Notes under the pieces: model-generated
Seen by the model: only the letters and a program-made list of their open reading frames with translations
The model's database searches: none
What the model was told of the DNA's origin: nothing
Shown here: positions 56,456 to 64,000 of the stretch, in pieces
Position numbering within the stretch: the first letter of the stretch is position 1
Layout of the letters: the number at the start of each line of letters is the position of its first letter
Source of the DNA: an uncultured Acidobacteriota bacterium
GTDB lineage: Bacteria > Acidobacteriota > Terriglobia > Terriglobales > Acidobacteriaceae
Direction of reading: 5' to 3'
Assembly: GCA_963817835.1 (NCBI GenBank)
Contig: CAWFPZ010000019.1
Span: 37,283-101,282 of the forward strand
Length of the DNA stretch: 64,000 nucleotides
Translations under genes and position numbers: made by a program

Positions 56456-56907
56456 CAAGATCACCCGAAGGTACCCCCCAGGGCCCACTAACTTCGGATA
56501 CCTTCCCCTTCATATCTATACCTAACTTGATGTATGGGAATGGGAAATACCCCTTTTGGGCATTTCAGGCCTATTCAGCCGCATTGTAGTGCTATTACCA
56601 AAGCGTCAAGCGCCTGGCTTTCCAACCGCGAGCTGAGCTTCGATCCCTGGCACCGCGTCAAGTCGTTCATTTCTCGGCCGAAACTTGTTCGTGATCTCCT
56701 CACGCGTATAACGTACGGGCCAAGCCCTCGCTCACAGACGTTCCAGATTGGCGCGCCAGGGAACTGCTGCCTTTGGGCAGTACTTTCCTCAGAGAAATGC
56801 CGCCCCTCGTTGCCCTGAAAAGGGCACGCGGATTCAGTAACCGCTGTAATTGCTGGTAGCTGCGTCTCGCCGCCACAGAAGCGCCGCCTCAGAAGTGTGT
56901 AAAGACC

Positions 56908-57834
56908 TTAGTCGCGTCCTGGCCCTGGACGGTCACACTCGATTGCCCGGAGAACGGTCCGCATAGCGCCGGCCCATACCAGGCCGAAATAGGACACGCG
57001 ATAATCGTGCCACCACCCGACTGGTTTGGGTACCTCGATCACGGGCAGCGTCTCCGTGGCAACTGCCGGGGTGGTGCCGGCGTCTGTAAGAACGATGATT
57101 TTACCGTCGCCAAGAGCAGCTCTCAACGTAGCCAATTCCCACCCCACGTGCGGTGTGTTCTCAGGCACGGAGATGACCGCCGCATCCACCACGGGAGCAA
57201 GGATTTCGATCACTTCGCGCCAGCGATCGGTATCGACCGGGCAGTTCAACACCGTGCCGCTTAATCCCGACGCAATGACAGAGCGGGATTTTTTCACGAG
57301 GTCCAGCTTTTTCGTCCAGTCGTCGGACTTCAACCCAACCTTCCCTTTGCGCATATAGTTCCAGAGCATGAAGCCTGAGAAGCCAACAGTAGTGTAAAAA
57401 ACCATCGGAGGAACAAGTCCCAGCGCCGCGGCCACACCTAGACCACCGACCATGATGACCGTAATCCAAATACCGGCGCGAGAAGCTGAGGCAGAATGAA
57501 TGTTGGAGTCAGCCAGGGTAATCAGCTTTCCCCAGGGATTTACCGCGCCTTCGAGAAACTGCTGCTCCATGCGCGACTGTTCTCCACGATGGAAGCGGCG
57601 CACCCAAATCACCACCGACCGTCTTCGCTTGAGCGAGATCAGCGAGGGGATGGCGCCGGCAAAGATTGCCAGGAAGAAAAGTATCAATATGTACGGCATC
57701 GAGTCCTCATCGGCGAACGGGAGAGCGATGAGCAAAATGAGCCACACTGCTGAAAATGCCATGGAGTAGTGGCGCAGCCTGAGGGAACTTGCTAACCGTT
57801 TCTGAACGCGCTGTTCGAAGTTTGACGGCGGCAT
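56908..57834 (-). CDS. Hypothetical membrane protein
   Basis: 308-aa ORF with about 4 hydrophobic helices and a C-terminal alpha/beta segment; no family recognised. Confidence 0.55.
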   Translation of the reverse strand: MPPSNFEQRVQKRLASSLRLRHYSMAFSAVWLILLIALPFADEDSMPYILILFFLAIFAGAIPSLISLKRRRSVVIWVRRFHRGEQSRMEQQFLEGAVNPWGKLITLADSNIHSASASRAGIWITVIMVGGLGVAAALGLVPPMVFYTTVGFSGFMLWNYMRKGKVGLKSDDWTKKLDLVKKSRSVIASGLSGTVLNCPVDTDRWREVIEILAPVVDAAVISVPENTPHVGWELATLRAALGDGKIIVLTDAGTTPAVATETLPVIEVPKPVGWWHDYRVSYFGLVWAGAMRTVLRAIECDRPGPGRD

Positions 57835-57927
57835 GCGAACAGCATATCTGCTTTTCGCAATCGTTCTACCGGATTTTTTGCGCGCGAATCGCCCAAGTCG
57901 CGCACACCATGAGCTGGCAGCTGAAGG

Positions 57928-58581
57928 CTAATAGCTGATTGCTGATTTTCGCGCCCAGAGCCGCGCCGTTGCCGCGCCAAACAGAAATCCGCCCACGTGC
58001 GCGAGATAGGCCACGCCGCCCGATTGCACACTTGCCACGGCGCCCGCATTCCACAGTTGGATGACAAACCACACGCCGATCAGCAACGCCGCGGGGATGT
58101 AGGTGATGCGGATAATAATCAGGATCCAGAGGAGCGACCGGATGCGGTCGCGTGGGAACATGACGATAAACGCGCCCATCACTGCCGCAATGGCGCCGCT
58201 CGCGCCCAGGCAGGGGACATGAGAGCCTGGCATCCCCGCCACCTGCGCCAGCATCGCCACCACGCCGCCCGTCAGATAAAAAATCGCGTAACGCACGCGG
58301 CCCATGGCGTCCTCAATGCGGGGCCCAAACGCCCAGAGGAACACCATGTTGCCCCCGATGTGCAGCCATCCCGCGTGCAAGAACGTGCCCGTCACCAGCG
58401 TGATCAAGTGTTGGCCGTGATCGATGTGCGCGGGAATCACCGCCCATCGCCGCACGAACGCGTTGCCCTCGATCAACTCGCGCAGAAACACATACACATT
58501 GGTCAGGATGATCAGCAGGGTCACTACGGCGAAGCGGCTCGGCCGTCGCGACACATCCCCAAGCGGGATCAGCGTTGCCAC
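57928..58581 (-). CDS. Rhomboid family intramembrane serine protease
   Basis: HAGWLHIGGNM, GASGA (catalytic Ser) and AYLAHVGG (catalytic His). Confidence 0.93.
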   Translation of the reverse strand: MATLIPLGDVSRRPSRFAVVTLLIILTNVYVFLRELIEGNAFVRRWAVIPAHIDHGQHLITLVTGTFLHAGWLHIGGNMVFLWAFGPRIEDAMGRVRYAIFYLTGGVVAMLAQVAGMPGSHVPCLGASGAIAAVMGAFIVMFPRDRIRSLLWILIIIRITYIPAALLIGVWFVIQLWNAGAVASVQSGGVAYLAHVGGFLFGAATARLWARKSAISY

Positions 58582-58691
58582 GATTGCATTCCTTAAAGAT
58601 TCTCGGCGTAGGGGCAGAAAACACCTTTGGCGCCGGCAGCGTTGGTTTGTCGCGCCGGCGCCTCATTGTGCGCTTGCCCGCGCTCTGGATT

Positions 58692-59249
58692 TCAGGCCGT
58701 CTGGGAACGAAGATGCTTCGTCGCCGCCAGCACCCCGAGGCGCGACACACCGCTGAAGATCATGCTGACTCCAATCACTGTTCCGATGACCCAGGCGCTA
58801 TTCGCCGGCCAGGTCCTCCAGATCAGAACGGAGAAAATCAGCGTTACCACGCCATCGAAAAACAGCCACCCCGATCCCCCCACCGGCCGCAGCTTCCACG
58901 CCAGTGCAAATTCCAGAATCGCTTCCGCAAAGAGGTAAGCTCCCAGACCAAGCGTAAGCACGGCCAATCCGGCCACGGGATGAATCAGTATGTAAATCCC
59001 CGCGATCAGGTAGGCAAGCCCCAGAAGAATTCCCCACACTAATCCGCCCATTGCGCGGGTATGCCAGCCGAACGCAAAGTGCGCCACACCGGCGAACACC
59101 AGCAACCAGCCGATCAGAATCGTTGCCGCGATTCCCGCTGCCGGGGGCACAGCGATAGCCAGAGCTCCTGCCAAAATAATCACAGCGCTCATTGCCTTCG
59201 ACCAGGTTATCGAATGTTTCCCCGTCGTCGCGATGGAATTGTCACCCAT
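58692..59249 (-). CDS. HdeD/DUF308 family membrane protein
   Basis: 6 TM helices with IGWLLVFAG and WVIGTVIGVSMIFSG repeats. Confidence 0.85.
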   Translation of the reverse strand: MGDNSIATTGKHSITWSKAMSAVIILAGALAIAVPPAAGIAATILIGWLLVFAGVAHFAFGWHTRAMGGLVWGILLGLAYLIAGIYILIHPVAGLAVLTLGLGAYLFAEAILEFALAWKLRPVGGSGWLFFDGVVTLIFSVLIWRTWPANSAWVIGTVIGVSMIFSGVSRLGVLAATKHLRSQTA

Positions 59250-59392
59250 ATTCGATCTCCTTTCGTGGATTGCCGCATCGGGTCCCGCGACGCTGCCCCG
59301 GCGCAAATTGCCGCGTACCCTGCAATTCGCTGGAGAAGGGGATCGGGGCGCCCGCATCGGCGTACCGGTAGTCTACCCGCTCCCCGCGCAGA

Positions 59393-59788
59393 TCAACCAC
59401 CATATTGTTCGTCACTCACATGTTCCAGCCAGTCGACCGTCTTGCCGTCGAGTCTTTCCTGGATGGCGAAGTGCGTCATGGCCGTGGTGGGCGCCGCACC
59501 GTGCCAGTGTTTTTCTCCGGGGGCGAACCACACCACGTCGCCCGGCCGGATCTCTTCCACCGGCCCGCCCCAGCGCTGCGCGCGGCCGCATCCCGCCGTC
59601 ACAATCAGCGTCTGCCCCAGCGGATGCGTATGCCACGCCGTCCGCGCGCCCGGCTCGAAGGTCACGCTTGCGCCCTGCACCCGCGCCGGCTCCGGCGCTG
59701 CCAGCAACGGATCGATGCGCACCGTGCCCGTGAACCAATCCGCCGGTCCCTTCCCCGAAGGCTGTGTACCCGCTCGTTTGATCTCCAT
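59393..59788 (-). CDS. Cupin domain protein
   Basis: [20 protein letters not shown]…GEKHWHGA…MTH. Confidence 0.88.
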   Translation of the reverse strand: MEIKRAGTQPSGKGPADWFTGTVRIDPLLAAPEPARVQGASVTFEPGARTAWHTHPLGQTLIVTAGCGRAQRWGGPVEEIRPGDVVWFAPGEKHWHGAAPTTAMTHFAIQERLDGKTVDWLEHVSDEQYGG

Positions 59789-59823
59789 GATGTTTCTCTC
59801 CTGTGTGTCTCAGATGCTGCCGC

Positions 59824-60831
<1,008 letters not shown>

Positions 60832-60891
60832 CTACTTCCTGTGTCGGTTTGAGACGGCGGTTCTCGGATGTGGAGCGCTGCGGCCCGGCCA

Positions 60892-61950
60892 TTATTGGGA
60901 TTTGAGCGACGCCATGTCGATCGAAAAGCGATACTTCACGTCCGACTTCACCAGCCGCTCGTAGGCTTCGTTGATCTTCTGGATCGGGATCATTTCAACG
61001 TCGGCAACGATATTGTGCTCGGAGCAGAAGTCCAGCATCTCCTGGGTTTCCGCGATGCCGCCGATGGCCGAACCGGAGAAACTGTGCCGACCCATGATGA
61101 GGCCGAAGACGTTGACGGGCAGCGGCTTATCCGGCGCGCCGACCATGGTGAGGTTGCCGTCGCGCGCCAGCAAGGCGATATACGCGTTGATGTCGTGCTG
61201 TGCTGCCACGGCATCCAGAATGAAGTCAAAGCTGCCTGCGTGCTTCGCCATTTCGTTGGCGTCCTTTGAGAGCACCACTTCGTCGGCGCCCAGGCGCAGC
61301 GCGTCGTCTTTCTTGTTGGGCGATGTGGTGAACACCACGGTGTGCGCGCCCATCGCATGCGCAAACTTCACGCCCATGTGGCCCAATCCTCCCAGGCCCA
61401 CCACGCCCACCTTCTTGCCCTTGCTCACGCCCCAGTGGCGCAGTGGCGAGTAGGTGGTAATGCCCGCGCAGAGCAGCGGCGCGGCGCCCGCCAGGTCCAG
61501 GTTCTTGGGAACCCGCAGCACAAAATGCTCCTTGACGACGATGCTGTCGGAGTAGCCGCCGTAGGTCACGCCGCCCAGGTGCTTGTCAGGGAAGTTGTAA
61601 GTGAGCGTGAAGTTCGGGCAGTACTGCTCCAGGCCCGCCTGGCAATTGGGGCAGGTGCCGTCGGAGTCGACCATGCAGCCCACCGCGGCCAGGTCGCCCA
61701 CCTTGAACTTCGTCACCGACGGACCCACCCTGGTTACGCGGCCCACAATCTCATGGCCGGGAACGCAGGGATACACGGTGGGCATGACGTCGTTCCATTC
61801 GTTGCGCACCTGGTGAAGATCTGAATGGCAGACGCCGCAGAAGAGAATCTCAATTTCGACGTCGTCTGCGGTGGGATCGCGCCGCGCGATCGTGGAGGAG
61901 GCAAGCGGCGATGTGGCGCTGGCCGCGGAATACGCTTTGGATGTAGACAT
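60892..61950 (-). CDS. Zn-dependent NAD(P)H aldehyde reductase / cinnamyl-alcohol dehydrogenase (YahK/AdhC-like)
   Basis: GVCHSD, PGHEIVG, structural Cys cluster, LCAGITTYSPL and GLGGLGH. Confidence 0.92.
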   Translation of the reverse strand: MSTSKAYSAASATSPLASSTIARRDPTADDVEIEILFCGVCHSDLHQVRNEWNDVMPTVYPCVPGHEIVGRVTRVGPSVTKFKVGDLAAVGCMVDSDGTCPNCQAGLEQYCPNFTLTYNFPDKHLGGVTYGGYSDSIVVKEHFVLRVPKNLDLAGAAPLLCAGITTYSPLRHWGVSKGKKVGVVGLGGLGHMGVKFAHAMGAHTVVFTTSPNKKDDALRLGADEVVLSKDANEMAKHAGSFDFILDAVAAQHDINAYIALLARDGNLTMVGAPDKPLPVNVFGLIMGRHSFSGSAIGGIAETQEMLDFCSEHNIVADVEMIPIQKINEAYERLVKSDVKYRFSIDMASLKSQ

Positions 61951-62169
61951 GAAATCACCTCAGCCCTTTGGGCAATTGCTGTTGACATTGAGATGCGCGG
62001 CAGAGCCAGCCGTCGCATCGATTTCTTCATTTCAAGACTACGGAACGAAAGTCTTCCGGCGGTATCCCGATCCTGTTTTTTTATTGCCTATTTCTGCTGT
62101 CGCGCAGATTTTTATGCACAATCGCGCAATTTCCGGCGTAGGCTGGAAATTGTTAAGCAGGGGTTACAA

Positions 62170-63123
62170 ATGGCGAAACGGAAACATGAAAGCCGGGAAA
62201 AATTCCCCGAAAACCCGTGCTTGATTGAAGCGCGTGTCGCGCTGGCCTGCAAAATTGCCGCACATTGCAGCGAAGGTGTTTTGGAAACAGGTGTGCCCGG
62301 TTTGAGCCTGTACCGCCAATCCACGCCCACCGCCTGCGCGTCGGCCGCTTACGATCCCAGGCTGGTTGTCTTTGTTCAGGGCCAGAAGCGCATCAATGTC
62401 GGCGCCACATCGTATCTCTGCGATGCATCCTCGTTTCTGCTCTCCACCATCGATCTGCCGGTGGTAAGCCAGGTGGTAGCGGCAACGCCGGAAAAGCCGA
62501 TGCTCGGCTTGATGATCAGCCTGGAAATGCCCGCGGTGCGGAGCATCCTGAGCCAGGAAGAGTTTCTGTTATCCGAGGAACCGGCCGGCGCGCGCGGCAT
62601 TTCCGTCGGCGTCACTTCGTTCGAAATGCTCAACGCATGTTTGCGGCTCATCGATCTTCTCGACGCGCCCCAGGACATCGCGTTTCTCAGCGGCCTCATC
62701 CATCGCGAAATCATCTACCGCCTGTTGCGCAGCCCGCAAGGCAAGCATCTGCGCGCCATTGCCACGCTGGGTGAGCAGAGCCATCGCACCGCCAAGGCCG
62801 TTACCTGGCTGCGCACGAACTATGCCAAGCCGCTGCGCGTGGAAGAGCTCGCGGACATGGCGCAGATGGGCGTCTCGACGCTGCACCATCACTTCCGCTC
62901 GCTCACCGCCATGAGCCCCATTCAGTACCAGAAGCAGTTGCGCCTGCATGTGGCGCGTGAGCGCATGCTCAACGACGGCCTCGACGCCGCCAGCGCCGCT
63001 TTCGAAGTGGGCTATGAAAGCGCCAGCCAATTCAATCGCGAGTACAGCCGCTTCTTCGGTCAGCCGCCAATGCGCGACATCAAGGCCCGCCGCCTTACCT
63101 TCGCCGCCATGGCGAACGACTGA
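62170..63123 (+). CDS. AraC family regulator (YqhC-like, AraC N-terminal domain)
   Basis: VQGQKR…LPVVSQV; C-terminal double HTH …MSPIQYQKQLRL…VGYESASQFNREY; divergent from the reductase genes. Confidence 0.92.
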   Translation: MAKRKHESREKFPENPCLIEARVALACKIAAHCSEGVLETGVPGLSLYRQSTPTACASAAYDPRLVVFVQGQKRINVGATSYLCDASSFLLSTIDLPVVSQVVAATPEKPMLGLMISLEMPAVRSILSQEEFLLSEEPAGARGISVGVTSFEMLNACLRLIDLLDAPQDIAFLSGLIHREIIYRLLRSPQGKHLRAIATLGEQSHRTAKAVTWLRTNYAKPLRVEELADMAQMGVSTLHHHFRSLTAMSPIQYQKQLRLHVARERMLNDGLDAASAAFEVGYESASQFNREYSRFFGQPPMRDIKARRLTFAAMAND

Positions 63124-63234
63124 CCAGGGCAATCGCAATCAGCGGCCGCTGTCGCCGGTTTCCGCGCTTCACTTGTTCATTTCTTCACTCTTTACTGCCC
63201 ACTCCAGAGCGCCTATGATGTTGTCCACATCACC

Positions 63235-64000
63235 ATGCAAGAAATCGAATCGCTACTGAAACGCTGGCAATCGGCCGGCGTCCTCGATGCGGATACAGCC
63301 GCCCGCATTCGCGCCCTCGAAGCACAAAGCGCTGCGCCGTCCGCCGGGGGACCTGCCACGCCTGCCGCCAATCCCGCGGGCCTCAAGTGGCTGGTGGTCA
63401 CGGGGCTTATTCTCGGCGCCATTCTTCTCGCCTGCGGTGTGGTGCTCTTTGTCTCCGCGCACTGGGACCAACTCGGCCCCGGCGAGCGTTTTCTCCTGGT
63501 TCTCAGCATGGTTGCTGTGTTTCAAGTCGGCGGCGGGCTCACGCGGACCAGCTTCGAAGGTTTCTCGACCGCACTTCACGCCGTGGGGACCATCTCCACC
63601 GGCGCGGCCATTGCGCTCGTCGGCCAGATCTTCAACATTCAGGAACACTGGCCGGCCGCGGTGCTGCTCTGGGCGCTGGCCGCGTTTGCCGGATGGGCGT
63701 TGCTACGCGATCAGGCGCAACAAACGCTGGCGCTCCTGCTCCTGCCCGCGTGGATCTTTTCCGAACTCGCTTTCCGCATCGACGGCCACATAGGCGATTC
63801 CGTCTATATGGGCCGGCTCTACTTTGTCTGGGCCATCCTCTACTTCACTTTTTTTGCCGGCTCGCGGCGCAAAGCGGTGCAGGGAATTCTCTTCGCAGCA
63901 AGCGTCATCGCCACCGTCACCGGCATCGTCTTCATGTTGAGCAGTTGGGTCTCCTTCTCCTCCGACCAATCCTTCATCCCCTTCGGAACCCGCGTTTGGG
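63235..64000 (+). CDS. DUF2157 family membrane protein (runs off the window edge)
   Basis: MQEIESLLKRWQSAGVLDADTA…GAILLACGVVLFVSAHW…IALVGQIFNI. Confidence 0.8.
   Translation, partial: MQEIESLLKRWQSAGVLDADTAARIRALEAQSAAPSAGGPATPAANPAGLKWLVVTGLILGAILLACGVVLFVSAHWDQLGPGERFLLVLSMVAVFQVGGGLTRTSFEGFSTALHAVGTISTGAAIALVGQIFNIQEHWPAAVLLWALAAFAGWALLRDQAQQTLALLLLPAWIFSELAFRIDGHIGDSVYMGRLYFVWAILYFTFFAGSRRKAVQGILFAASVIATVTGIVFMLSSWVSFSSDQSFIPFGTRVW

Noticed and set aside
56490-56900. Small gene or sRNA between the EAL gene and the hypothetical membrane protein
   Set aside because: Only short ORFs without RBS or homology; the promoter-like TTGACG/TACAAT pair has an atypical 15-bp spacer.
61825-62169. N-terminal extension of the AraC regulator
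   Set aside because: It overlaps the divergent ADH start and promoter region; the ATG at 62170 is more plausible.

Overview
High-GC bacterial chromosomal window. Gene content, protein style and intergenic repeats suggest Acidobacteriota (Acidobacteriaceae-like); this is inference. No rRNA, tRNA, CRISPR array, transposase or integrase was recognised. Main blocks: (1) housekeeping and envelope genes at 0-13 kb (membrane glycosyltransferase, FAD/Fe-S oxidoreductase, mnmA-iscS, rfbD, Tat-exported aldo/keto reductase); (2) a methylmalonyl-CoA operon at 12.9-21 kb (12S-like carboxyltransferase, small subunit, biotin carrier, epimerase, mutAB, meaB) broken by a dense cluster of apparent frameshifts; (3) a myo-inositol cluster at 21.4-31.5 kb (iolB-iolD-iolA-iolE-iolG, a DMT transporter and a divergent non-canonical transaldolase) with no iolC or iolJ; (4) an accessory zinc-ribbon / WG-repeat / pilin-like operon, an orphan HTH antitoxin-like gene and a 1.1 kb repeat-rich non-coding stretch; (5) lacI-glpP, an APC permease, msrPQ plus a nonsense-interrupted msrQ paralog, and rnhB; (6) trmD and rplS separated by a tandem TPR duplication that also copied the trmD 3' end; (7) CSS-EAL, rhomboid, and an AraC-regulated aldehyde-reductase module. 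The most promising candidate for a new system is a 14-bp LacI-type palindrome (TGCACACGTGTGCA) found upstream of iolB, iolE, the transaldolase and lacI-glpP. It defines an inositol regulon that includes a GlpP antiterminator and an atypical transaldolase that may replace the IolC/IolJ steps, with a 75-bp hairpin tandem array between the two divergent operators. Several REP-like hairpin families (two inserted in-frame in genes) and heptamer tracts next to stop codons run through the window.
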